Source: Candidatus Hydrogenedentales bacterium (lineage in GTDB: Bacteria > Hydrogenedentota > Hydrogenedentia > Hydrogenedentales > JAEUWI01). From it: 64,000 nucleotides of DNA. Position numbers and translations under genes: made by a program. Within the stretch, counting starts at the first letter, position 1. The number at the start of each line of letters is the position of its first letter. Below, piece by piece: positions 1-9,185 of the stretch. The notes beneath the pieces are model-generated. The model had not been told where the DNA came from and made no database searches. It saw only the letters and a program-made list of their open reading frames with translations. The stretch lies in NCBI GenBank assembly GCA_942492815.1, contig OW818658.1, forward strand, positions 5,996,284-6,060,283, read 5' to 3'.

Positions 1-501
1 GCCTATCTCGGCGAGGGCCTCCGCACGGCCTCCGTGCGCAGCGTCATGGCCACCTTTACGCTCAAACTCAAACCGGCCCATCTGGACATCATCATGGACA
101 GCTTCCCCGGTTTCACGCGCATCCTCTGCCGCCAGTTTGCCCTGCGCCTGCGCGAGGCCAATGTCTTCATAAAGCGCTACCAGACCAACAACACCATGGC
201 TGTGGAGCAGCGATTCCTGAGCCCTGGCGAAGTGCTCGTGGACGCGGGTGCCCCGGCCGACAAACTATTCCAGCTCGTGGACGGCGTGTTGCTCGAAAAG
301 GGCGACCCCGATACGTCCATCCGAGCTTCGGACGACGGTCCCGTATTCGTCGGGACGCGTCCCTTCTTCAAAGGTGGTACCCATGAAAAGCGCGTAGTGG
401 CGAAGACGCAGGCCATAATCGTCGCCCTGGGCAAATCCCGCGAGGCGGCCATCATTCGCAACTTCCCCGAGCTCGCTCTGGAGTTGATCAGAGAGCCATA
501 G
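1..501 (+). CDS. cyclic nucleotide-binding domain protein, 5' partial (open at window start); phosphate-binding-cassette-like RTASVRSV and a second cNMP-like domain (GEVLVDAGAPADKLFQLVDGVLLE)
   Basis: Frame 1 is open from nt 1 with no upstream stop. The motifs fit the cNMP-binding (CAP-family effector) fold. The stop codon lies immediately before the start of repeat array A. Confidence 0.55.
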   Translation, partial: AYLGEGLRTASVRSVMATFTLKLKPAHLDIIMDSFPGFTRILCRQFALRLREANVFIKRYQTNNTMAVEQRFLSPGEVLVDAGAPADKLFQLVDGVLLEKGDPDTSIRASDDGPVFVGTRPFFKGGTHEKRVVAKTQAIIVALGKSREAAIIRNFPELALELIREP

Positions 502-1500
502 GGACGTACCGCCGCAAGCGCACTGCGAGCAGGAAAAGTGAAACCACGGGCACTCTCGCCGCGTCTTCGAGCGCAGCGCACCACAGCGCGGAGGCATGTC
601 CCTGGGGATGTAACGTCGCGACGTGAACGTCGAAGTTGCCAAACGGGAAGTTACTTTTCTTCCCCGTCATCCCACCCATCCACCGGGACAGGCCCACGCA
701 TCAAACACACGCCGTCAATGGTAAACGGCTTTTGCTGCATCGAGTTTTTCGCGCTATCGGACGACTATTGAGCGCGGGTCCGTCCCTTGGGGACGTACCG
801 CCGCAAGCGCACTGCGAGCAGGAAAAGCGAAACCACAGGCATTCTCGCCGCGTCTTCGAGCGCAGCGCACCACAGCGCGGAGGCATGTCCCTGGGGATGT
901 AACGCAGCGACGTGAACGTCGAAGGTGTCGAGCAGGAAGTCTCTTTTCTTCCCCGTCATCTCACCCATCTACTGGGACAGGCCCACGCATCAAACACACG
1001 CCGTCAATGGTAAGCGGCTTTTGTCGTATCGAGTTCTTCGCGTTATCGGACAACTCTTGAGCGCGGGTCCGTCCCCAGGGGACGTACCGCCGCAAGCGCA
1101 CTGCGAGCAGGAAAAGTGAAACCTCAGACACTCTCGCCGCTTCTACGAACGCAGCGCACCACAGCGCGGGGGCATGTCCCTGGGGATGTAACGCCGCGAC
1201 GTGAACGTCGAAGGTGTCGAGCGGAAGGTGACCTCTCATTCCCGTCATCGCACCCATCCACTGGGGACGTACCGCCGCAAGCGCACTGCGAGCAGGAAAA
1301 GTGAAACCTCAGACACTCTCGCCGCTTCTACGAACGCAGCGCACCACAGCGCGGGGGCATGTCCCTGGGGATGTAACGCCGCGACGTGAACGTCGAAGGT
1401 GTCGAGCGGAAGGTGACCTCTCATTCCCGTCATCGCACCCATCCACTGGGGACGTACCGCCGCAAGCGCAATGCGCGGAGGCAAAGCAAGGCCACAACGA
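501..1500. repeat. composite direct tandem repeat array A. Units are 184-296 bp and mosaic (a short unit with or without a ~100 bp insert), about 5 units. The last two 184-bp units are identical. Contains the palindrome CGCGACGTGAACGTCGAAG.
   Basis: Seen directly: the unit start GGGACGTACCGCCGCAAGCGCACTGCGAGCAGGAAAAG recurs at ~501, 797, 1078, 1263 and 1447. The array sits between the cNMP gene stop and the RAYT stop. Confidence 0.9.
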
Positions 1501-1503
1501 CAA

Positions 1504-2130
1504 TTACTTGTCGGGCAGCCATCGCTTGAAGTAGGTCCGATCACCGAGAGGTTTTCCATTTCGCGTATGTTGCCGGATCTTCTCCAGAAAGCCCTTGTTT
1601 TCCATCTCTACCGTCAGGCCGTCTCGCCATTCGGAATCCGCGAAATGGCTGAACCATCGATTCAAATCGAGCAGAGTATCGTGATCGCGACTGCCACAGT
1701 GCGCAGGAGCACTGGACCACGTGTAGTCCCACGGCAATGCAACCATTCCGGCTCTCACCGGATTCAATTCGACATAGCTCAACGCGCTAACTATGTGGTC
1801 CAAATCCATCGGGCAGGAGTAAAATCGCCCATGCCAGAGATGGCCAAAACGCCCGTACTTCTGATTGATGTAGCTGGCGTGCTCAAGCTGCGAAGACTTC
1901 ATGGCCCGGCTTAAGCTCTCCTTCTCAGCCGGTACTGCAACGATATGTATGTGGTTGGTCATGAGGCAGTAGCCGAGAATACGTACGCCGTATTCCTGGC
2001 TGTACTTCTCCAGGAGATTGATGTAGCGCATTCGGTCTTCGTCTTCGAAAAAGACCGGCTCTCGATTGTTTCCTCGATGGGTAATATGGTGCGCAACCCC
2101 GGGAAGCACTATGCGTTGTTCGCGTGGCAT
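1504..2130 (-). CDS. REP-associated tyrosine transposase (RAYT, TnpA_REP; IS200/IS605-like Y1 HUH transposase)
   Basis: 208 aa. Carries the HUH motif (MTNHIHIVAV) and a catalytic Tyr region (WHGRFYSCPMD), typical of the Y1 transposase / RAYT family. Flanked on both sides by repeat arrays. Confidence 0.85.
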   Translation of the reverse strand: MPREQRIVLPGVAHHITHRGNNREPVFFEDEDRMRYINLLEKYSQEYGVRILGYCLMTNHIHIVAVPAEKESLSRAMKSSQLEHASYINQKYGRFGHLWHGRFYSCPMDLDHIVSALSYVELNPVRAGMVALPWDYTWSSAPAHCGSRDHDTLLDLNRWFSHFADSEWRDGLTVEMENKGFLEKIRQHTRNGKPLGDRTYFKRWLPDK

Positions 2131-2159
2131 AGCAGCAGGGTATCGAGCATGCTCGGGTT

Positions 2160-3215
2160 TGTCAAGACTTGACGTGAACGTCGAAATCGCCGAGCGGGAA
2201 GTCTCTTTTCTTCCCCGTCATCCCACCCATCCACCGGGACAGGCCCACGCATCAAACACACGCCGTCAATGGTAAACGGCTTTTGCCGTATCGAGTTTTT
2301 CGCGCTATCGGACGACACTTGGGCGCGGGTCCGTCCCCCAGGGGACGTACCGCCGCAGAGGCCCCATACCAAATCAGAAAGCACCCGAATCTGATGCCTG
2401 TTCCAACAGGGCGCAGCGCACTACAGCGCGGGGGCATGTCCCTGGGGATGTAACGCCGCGACGTGAACGACGAAGGTGTCGAGCAGGAAGTCTCTTTTCT
2501 TCCCCGTCATCTCACCCATCCACCGGGACAGGCCCACGCATCAAACACACGCCGTCAACGGTAAACGGCTTTTGCTGCATCGAGTTTTTCGCGCTATCGG
2601 ACGACACTTGAGCGCGTGTCCGTCCCCCAGGGGACGTACCGCCGCAGAGGCCCCATACCAAATCAGAAAGCACCCGAATCTGATGCCTGTTCCAACAGGG
2701 CGCAGCGCACCACAGCGCGGAGGCATGTCCCTGGGGATGTAACGTCGCGACGTGAACGTCGAAGTTGCCAAACGGGAAGTTACTTTTCTTCCCCGTCATC
2801 CCACCCATCCACCGGGACAGGCCCACGCATCAAACACACGCCGTCAATGGTAAGCGGCTTTTGTCGTATCGAGTTCTTCGCGTTATCGGACAACTCTTGA
2901 GCGCGGGTCCGTCCCCAGGGGACGTACCGCCGCAAGCGCACTGCGAGCAGGAAAAGTGAAACCTCAGACACTCTCGCCGCTTCTACGAACGCAGCGCACC
3001 ACAGCGCGGGGGCATGTCCCTGGGGATGTAACGCCGCGACGTGAACGTCGAAGGTGTCGAGCAGGAAGTCTCTTTTCTTCCCCGTCATCTCACCCATCTA
3101 CTGGGACAGGCCCACGCATCAAACACACGCCAGCAAAGGCAATCGGCTCCTGCCGTATTGAGTTATCGCGCTATCGGACGACACCGGGGCGCGGGTCCGT
3201 CCCTTCGGCCATCCT
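2160..3215. repeat. composite direct tandem repeat array B. Same family and orientation as array A, about 4 units. The last unit overlaps the 3' end of the GH5-like gene.
   Basis: The same modules recur: GACGTGAACGTCGAAG, CATCCACCGGGACAGGCCCACGCATCAAACACACGCCGTCAATGG and GGGGACGTACCGCCGC. The array ends ~3215, inside the GH5 gene's last ~11 codons. Confidence 0.9.
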
Positions 3216-4387
3216 CTTGTTCGCTTCCTGTAGCACCTTCAGATAGCCGCTGCGTGCGTTGGTCGCGGTCACGTTCATCGAGGACTCCTGCCAGGAAAAA
3301 TCAAATACCCAGTAGGCCGCGAGCTGAACCGGACTTGCTTCGATCGCCTCGAAGAGCTTCAGTCCCTCGGCCATGGCGGTCTCGGGGGTCCAGGGTACTT
3401 CGTTGTCCGGCGGTGCACCGAACTCACCCACGAAGAGGCCCTTGCCCGCACCGCGCGACACCTGGTAGGCCGCATCGAGGATCTTGCCGTAGGGCACACC
3501 GACCTCCCCGAAGCGCTTGCCTGTGGGCTCCGGATAGATGTGAATGGAGATGAGGTCGTTCGGGTCGGGCGTCATGAAGGCGAGGTTCCCCTGAAGCTCT
3601 TCCACGCTGTCCTGGCCCCAGCTCAACTCGGTGTGTTGGTGGTGGGCCGTGGGACGGGGAAGGCTGTGGCCCGTGGTAATGGGGCGGGCCGTGTCAATCT
3701 TTCGGATCTCCACCGCGAAGGCCGTCGTGGCCGCGCGAATGATCTCGGAAGTCAGATCATCGGCCGCGCTCCGCGATTCGGGCGAGCCGAGTGAAGGAAC
3801 GATGGGCGGGCGGTTGTCGGCCGCGTTGGGCAGATCCGCCGCAAGGGAGTACTCATTGCCGAATTCCCAGGCCCAGATGGCGGGCGAATTCACATAGCGC
3901 GAAACCACCTGCTGCACGTAGGTGCGCATGAAGGCCTGGGTCTTACTCTCGGGATCGCCCCACTTGCTCAGAGGCTCGCCGACAAGGTCCGGCACGCCCG
4001 CCGTCCACCAGAACAGCGAGGGAATGAGCCCCACGCCGGTCTCTTCGGCGGCCTTGACCACGCCGTCCATCAGCGCGAAATACTTGTCCGGGTCGGATTG
4101 ATACAGGGCCCAATTGATGGCATAGAAGCCGCCAAACTGCAAGCGCACGAAGGGAATGTCGTGGGCGGCCAGCGTCTCGAAGCCCGCCCGGTACGACGTG
4201 TCCTCCGGATTCTCCAGACAGCGCGAGAAGGCGTCCATATAGTTCACACCCAGGGCGCGGATGGGCTGGCCGTCTTTCAGAATCACGCCACCCTCACCAA
4301 TGCGCAAGCCGGGAATCTGCGACTCCTGGGCAACAACAGCGATGGAAACGGCGGCGGCGAGGAACGCCGCGAGGTATTTTAGCTGCA
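3171..4387 (-). CDS. secreted glycoside hydrolase, clan GH-A (GH5-like; cellulase/mannanase type)
   Basis: Signal peptide MQLKYLAAFLAAAVSIAVVAQ at the chosen start. WEFGNE catalytic-acid motif typical of clan GH-A. The ORF-track start at 4562 would run through the hairpin repeat, so the Met at 4387 was chosen. Confidence 0.7.
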
Positions 4388-4408
4388 TGGCTGATTGGGT
4401 GCTTTCTG

Positions 4409-4507
4409 GTACTACAGGGACATCAGAGACGACAGGGACTACAGATTGAGCTTGCGGCGGGCAACATCTATTTCCTGCCGTCTCTGTAGTCTCTGCCGTC
4501 CCTGCAA
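4409..4507. repeat. REPIN-like hairpin element, copy 1: two inverted arrays of 3-4 copies of the 9-mer NNCAGRGAC, separated by a ~25 nt spacer
   Basis: Left arm TACAGGGAC ATCAGAGAC GACAGGGAC TACAG. Right arm is the reverse complement of TGCAGGGAC GGCAGAGAC TACAGAGAC GGCAGG. Intergenic. Confidence 0.85.
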
Positions 4508-4533
4508 ACTCGAGGAACCAGCCTCGGTGTATT

Positions 4534-7500
4534 TTAGCTCCGCCGATAAAGCGGATCGGCACCCAGCGTACCTTTCAGGCTCTCGAGATAGTTTGGGTGC
4601 TCCAAGCGGTATAGCTCTGCCTTGGCCTCTGCGAGGCGTCCGACGATGTCGAGGCGTTCGGCCTCTTCGACGTAGTTGGGCTTCTCCAGGAACGCCGAGA
4701 GGTTCTTGATGTGCCGTTTCCACAGGGCGCAGTCGCGCTCCTGCTTGATTCGGAGGCGCTCATGATACCAGTCACTTTCCATCAGGTACTCGCGGGTGAA
4801 AAGCTTGCGAATTTCCGGGTCCTGCACCGACTTGCCCTCATAGTGACCATGCACCATGATGTGGAGGAGGGCCGCCAGGGGCGGGCAGGCCGCCGTGATG
4901 CTGCCGTCGTCGAAGAAGGCCTGGGCGCAGCGCTGCTGGGCCTCCGTGATATTTTTGATACCGTCCACGTAGGCGTCCATGTCCTGGAGCTCGGGCCGGA
5001 GCATTTCGTCGTTGAACACCGTCGAGGGACTGTCAAACACGCGGCCGAAGTAGTGGCTCAGGAAGGTGCGGGTCATGCGGTAACCCAGGCGGCTCGCCAG
5101 GATCGTCTCGCCCTGGTATTCGAAGTCATCCACTTTCTCGAAGCACCCTTCGCGGAGCAGGTGTGCGGGATCCCGCTCCACTTCGGAAAGGCGGCACCAC
5201 ACTTCGGGAATCAACAGGCTCACGTCGTGGTCCACGCGATACTTCGGGCCGATGTAGCCCGCCGCCGTGGTGAAGCTCTTGTATTCCGTCAGGATGTACG
5301 ACACCAGTGCGTTGTTCAGATCGCTGGTGGGCGTGAGGCAGTTGAAAGGCCCCTTGGTCAGGGCGCCTTCCGATCCCGCACCCGTGGTCGAGGGTGACTT
5401 GCCGGTCAAGCTGGCGATGAAGTCCATGAAGAGCTCCGGGAGCTCCTGGTGGTGAATCGGGTTGTAGACCGCCAGCGGGCGGATCCCGGCCTTCACGTCG
5501 GGCGGGTTATTCCGCCGGCCGGGCAGCACGGCATTCACCGGGTGTAGCACGGGCTTGTCCATGGGCACGCGGCGGTGAAGGCGCGTGGCCACTTCGCCGA
5601 TGTATTTGTCCCGCGGGTTGGTCAGATCGGGGCGCAACTGCAGATAGCGCGGGTTCTTCGACGGCGCGCCATCCACGATGCGCGGGTGTGCCGACGACAC
5701 GAAGTATTCTATATCGTCGCTGTCCGCCACGCGGTTGATCAAATCCTGCATCGGCTGGCTGTAGGCCTGGAAAGTGATCGTGTGCTGCTGTAGCTTCCGG
5801 GCGTCTTCGCGGGTCAGGGGCTCGAAGTTGGAGATGAAGTTCTCGTCTTCCGAGAGGTCCCGCTCCGTCTGTTTGTCGTGGCCCCGGTGGATCGCGTCGT
5901 CGGGACGCTGGAACAGGCGCATCTCGCAATTGTCCACGATCTTGACGCTCGGGTTCTTGTACTCCGGGCAGAGGTGCGAGAGGCTACTGGCCGGTACCAC
6001 CACCGACGCGGAGATATCGTCTTCTTTCTGAATCTTCGCCGCAGGCAGGAAATCCTGGCGCAGCTTGTAGGTGCGCCACGACCCGTCGCTCACCAGGCCC
6101 ACGCGCAGATAGCTCGCCACCAGCTTGCGGCCGTTGAACTTCAGCTCATGGCCCGGCTTGCCGTTGATCACGTCGGCGCTGAAATGGCTGCGCCAGTCCT
6201 CGCCCCACTCGGGGCGGTAGAAGCGCTTGATGATGAAGATCATCGCCTTCACATAGTCCGGGATCGTGTTGAGCCAGGCGTTGTACTCGGGCGTGTAGTC
6301 CTCTTCCGAGGGTGTCAGCAGCCGGATCACCGAACCCAGCGAACGGTTGGCCGCCAGCAGGGGACGGCCCTTGGATACGATGCGCTTGTCCTGGAAGCGA
6401 TCGCTGAAATGATGGGCCATGACCGCCTGAATGCGATTGAGATCTTCCTTGTAATCGGCCACGAAGAAGGGGCCGTAGTGCACGGCATCCAGCAGGGATT
6501 TCGAGATCTCGGACTTGCCGCCGCCCGACACGGTGCAGGGCTTGTGACAGAAGGTGCCTTCCACGCCCGTGCCCACCAGACGCCAGCTCGGGGCGCCGGG
6601 GTGCTTTTCCATGTGGACGTTGTAGCCGTCCGGGTTGAGGTACACGTAGCCCGGCCGCAGGGGGATTTCCTGCTCCACGCCGTCCCGCTCCCAATACACC
6701 CGCTGGGTATTGAGATCGATATGGACGTTCTCCGGCACGTAGATGACGTCCGGGTAAGCCCGGTCGACGGCATAGCCCTCGGGCTGTACCTCCATCAGCT
6801 CGCCATACTTGGCGACCATCTCGTCAAAGCCGTGGCCTTCCTTGGTATAGCGGAAGTCCATGAAGAATTTATCGCCCAGGTTGAAACGGGCGTAGGCCAG
6901 CGCACCGCCCGCGTGCTCTTCTTCGCAGTTGCCGTAGAGGTTCGCCGCATAACTGAGCTGGGTTTTCACTTCCTTCTTGCAGTAACCAAAATAGTTGTCC
7001 GCAATCAGCGTCACCATCACGCCCCGGTCGTCGCGGCAGGCAATCTTGAAGGCGTTGCCGTCGTTGTACAACTCGCCCTCGTCCTTCCAGCACATACCCT
7101 CCTTGCGCTGGCGCTCCGTGGCGTCGTCGAAGTAAGGAAGCCCCAGTTCCTTCTTGCGCAGGTGGGTCAGGTGTGGGGCCAGCACCACGCAGCCCGTGTG
7201 GCCCGTCCAGTGCTCCGCATCGAGGGCGGCATCATTTTCCGCCAGTGTCGGATCGCCCGCGTTGCCGAAAATGGTTTCCACGAAGTCGAGGTTGCTCACC
7301 AGGCTGCCCGGCACGAAGAACCGGGTCTCCATCGTCTTCGCGGGGAGCAGGCCCGGGATCTCGGCCGAGACCAGCGGCCGCATCATGAGCGACACCATCG
7401 TGTGGGCCTGATCGTCCTCTTCAGCGAGGAAGGGCAATTGGAGCAGGTCGCGCGGCGGGTTCAGCGCCGCCACCATCAGATTCCCGAAGACCCGCTTCGG

Positions 7501-8001
7501 CACTTCCTTCTTGTCCAGCGGTACGGGCAGGCCCCCGTCCGCCACGTGGAAGACGCCTTTCGTCGTGCGCCGGTCGCTGCTCGGGTTGTGCAGCACACCT
7601 TGGGCAATCCGGTAGGAGGACACACACCCGTTCTTGAAGCAGTGCCCGTCCACCGGAAGAGAGAGTTCCCGTGCGAGGCCCGGCCGGTCCAGTACGAACG
7701 TGGTGCTCGGCAGGCGCAGCGGCGCGTGGAGCGTCTCTCCGGCCAGGTACTCCTCCAGAAACGCCTGGATGCGCTGGTCGATGGGGCACAGGTGGCCGCG
7801 CAGGAGACGGCTCTTTTCCTTGTAGCTCTGGATGAGCCCGTCGGTGAGGCCGAGGAACTCGGTGCTGGCCTTGGTATAGGTCGGCAGATCCAGGGCGGCC
7901 AGTTTCAGGCTGATATAACGGACCAAATGCCGGCGTTCGTAGGGCTGGGTATGCCCTTCCTGTAGAAAGGGTAATCGGGCGGTCTGGTTACCTTGCGTCA
8001 C
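4534..8001 (-). CDS. large conserved cytoplasmic protein (1155 aa); possibly a PPi-dependent phosphoenolpyruvate carboxykinase family member (tentative)
   Basis: Single uninterrupted 1155-aa ORF with globular, non-repetitive composition. The size matches the ~1150-aa PPi-PEPCK family, but I cannot verify motifs from memory. The antisense 695-aa ORF is rejected. Confidence 0.75.
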   Translation of the reverse strand: MTQGNQTARLPFLQEGHTQPYERRHLVRYISLKLAALDLPTYTKASTEFLGLTDGLIQSYKEKSRLLRGHLCPIDQRIQAFLEEYLAGETLHAPLRLPSTTFVLDRPGLARELSLPVDGHCFKNGCVSSYRIAQGVLHNPSSDRRTTKGVFHVADGGLPVPLDKKEVPKRVFGNLMVAALNPPRDLLQLPFLAEEDDQAHTMVSLMMRPLVSAEIPGLLPAKTMETRFFVPGSLVSNLDFVETIFGNAGDPTLAENDAALDAEHWTGHTGCVVLAPHLTHLRKKELGLPYFDDATERQRKEGMCWKDEGELYNDGNAFKIACRDDRGVMVTLIADNYFGYCKKEVKTQLSYAANLYGNCEEEHAGGALAYARFNLGDKFFMDFRYTKEGHGFDEMVAKYGELMEVQPEGYAVDRAYPDVIYVPENVHIDLNTQRVYWERDGVEQEIPLRPGYVYLNPDGYNVHMEKHPGAPSWRLVGTGVEGTFCHKPCTVSGGGKSEISKSLLDAVHYGPFFVADYKEDLNRIQAVMAHHFSDRFQDKRIVSKGRPLLAANRSLGSVIRLLTPSEEDYTPEYNAWLNTIPDYVKAMIFIIKRFYRPEWGEDWRSHFSADVINGKPGHELKFNGRKLVASYLRVGLVSDGSWRTYKLRQDFLPAAKIQKEDDISASVVVPASSLSHLCPEYKNPSVKIVDNCEMRLFQRPDDAIHRGHDKQTERDLSEDENFISNFEPLTREDARKLQQHTITFQAYSQPMQDLINRVADSDDIEYFVSSAHPRIVDGAPSKNPRYLQLRPDLTNPRDKYIGEVATRLHRRVPMDKPVLHPVNAVLPGRRNNPPDVKAGIRPLAVYNPIHHQELPELFMDFIASLTGKSPSTTGAGSEGALTKGPFNCLTPTSDLNNALVSYILTEYKSFTTAAGYIGPKYRVDHDVSLLIPEVWCRLSEVERDPAHLLREGCFEKVDDFEYQGETILASRLGYRMTRTFLSHYFGRVFDSPSTVFNDEMLRPELQDMDAYVDGIKNITEAQQRCAQAFFDDGSITAACPPLAALLHIMVHGHYEGKSVQDPEIRKLFTREYLMESDWYHERLRIKQERDCALWKRHIKNLSAFLEKPNYVEEAERLDIVGRLAEAKAELYRLEHPNYLESLKGTLGADPLYRRS

Positions 8002-8246
8002 GGTGAGTGTACTCCCCTGTCGTGTTAAGGGTTGTGCGGTGGTATGCGCGTTGGCGCTCGGGCCCCGGTTGCCGGCTATTGGGTGACCGACCGGGGTTAA
8101 AACAGCGGAAAAAGCCCGTCTGCCTGTGCCCGACCACAGGGATGGAGATGTCCCGGCAATCCTGTATCCTGAGGATCAGGAAGCTTCCCTATTCTAAAGG
8201 ATCGCGGGGGTCATAATCGACCCCGCGATCCCCGATTCAATGAAAA

Positions 8247-8284
8247 CGCGGACGCACCCGGCTGGGTGCGCCCGCGCAAAAAAA
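8247..8284 (-). terminator. Rho-independent terminator for the 8299-8889 gene
   Basis: On the minus strand: GC-rich hairpin CGCGGGCGCACCC-AGCC-GGGTGCGTCCGCG followed by a T-run. Confidence 0.6.
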
Positions 8285-8298
8285 CTTAACTTCGGCGA

Positions 8299-8889
8299 TC
8301 AGCGGCCCGGAGGCAGCAGGTGGCCGTAGCTCATCGTGGTCGGAAAGCGCGCGTCGCCGCTGGCCGGGATGAAGGTCTGGTAGTACACGAAGGTGCCCTG
8401 CACGTCCGTCGGGTCGCCCGTCCACGAGATGGTGAGAGAGCCGTTAAATTTGCCGTCATTCAACTGTCCCCCGAGGGCGCGGACGCTGTTTACGCCCGTG
8501 CGCGGACGATCCGGAACGAGCGTCGCGGTGGCGCTTTCCTGGCCGCCAGGCGTGGCATCGGGATCGCGGCGCGCCGGACGGAATGCGACCGACGAGTAGG
8601 GAGGAATCACGAAGGAGTTGTTCTGATCCGCCAGGGTGCTGTTGTTGGCGGGTCCGAGGGGCACACCGGTCTGACTGAAGTACTCGATCGAGCAGTTCAG
8701 GTTATAGCCTACGTTACTCTTGAGGTAAACAATACCCGTCACCCCGCTGATAACACCGGGAATGTCATTGGCCACGGGCGCATTGTCGACAAACCAGGGG
8801 ACACTCAGGGAACTTGCGAAAGCTACCGTGGTGCCGGCCAGGGCGGCAACCAGAACACCTATCTTTCTCATCTTCTGCCTTCTCCTCAT
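8299..8889 (-). CDS. secreted hypothetical protein (signal peptide MRKIGVLVAALAGTTVAFASS)
   Basis: ORF with an N-terminal signal peptide. No recognizable domain. Start chosen at MRRRQKMRK. Confidence 0.55.
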   Translation of the reverse strand: MRRRQKMRKIGVLVAALAGTTVAFASSLSVPWFVDNAPVANDIPGVISGVTGIVYLKSNVGYNLNCSIEYFSQTGVPLGPANNSTLADQNNSFVIPPYSSVAFRPARRDPDATPGGQESATATLVPDRPRTGVNSVRALGGQLNDGKFNGSLTISWTGDPTDVQGTFVYYQTFIPASGDARFPTTMSYGHLLPPGR

Positions 8890-9185
8890 TGGGCTGAATC
8901 CCTGTGTACCATGACCGCAGAATTCACCCGCGCTGGTTGTTGGATTGCGATGCGCCATGCATCACCGACTACGCTGTCTCCCGAAAGCCGCAGCCAGCAC
9001 TCGTTCTGAGTTCTTGCCCGACTCCCTCCAATTTCACTGTGCCCCAGTATATCGGATATCTCCCAAACTTCCAAGGGCTTTTTCTGGTACGGCCTGTCGA
9101 TATTCTCATTTTTCATAGTCACCCCGAAGGGAGGCCTGATTCTACCCGGTTGTAACGGCCGGGCGACCTTTCGCATAATGCCCCC

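Noticed and set aside
501-3250. Possible CRISPR array (regularly spaced repeats around a gene)
   Set aside because: Units are 184-296 bp and near-identical mosaics of each other, with no unique spacers. No cas genes are present. The embedded gene is a RAYT transposase. This is a satellite/REP-type array, not a CRISPR array.
538-3553. Numerous 60-170 aa ORFs on both strands inside the repeat arrays (for example 636-902, 2476-2742, 3041-3553)
   Set aside because: They are translations of the repeat units themselves, duplicated with the repeats. They are Arg/Pro/Ala-rich with no domains, and mutually overlapping in several frames.
5878-7965. 695-aa plus-strand ORF antisense to the 1155-aa gene
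   Set aside because: Typical high-GC antisense artefact with R/A/G/V/H-rich low-complexity composition. The minus-strand ORF spans the whole region and is far longer and compositionally normal.
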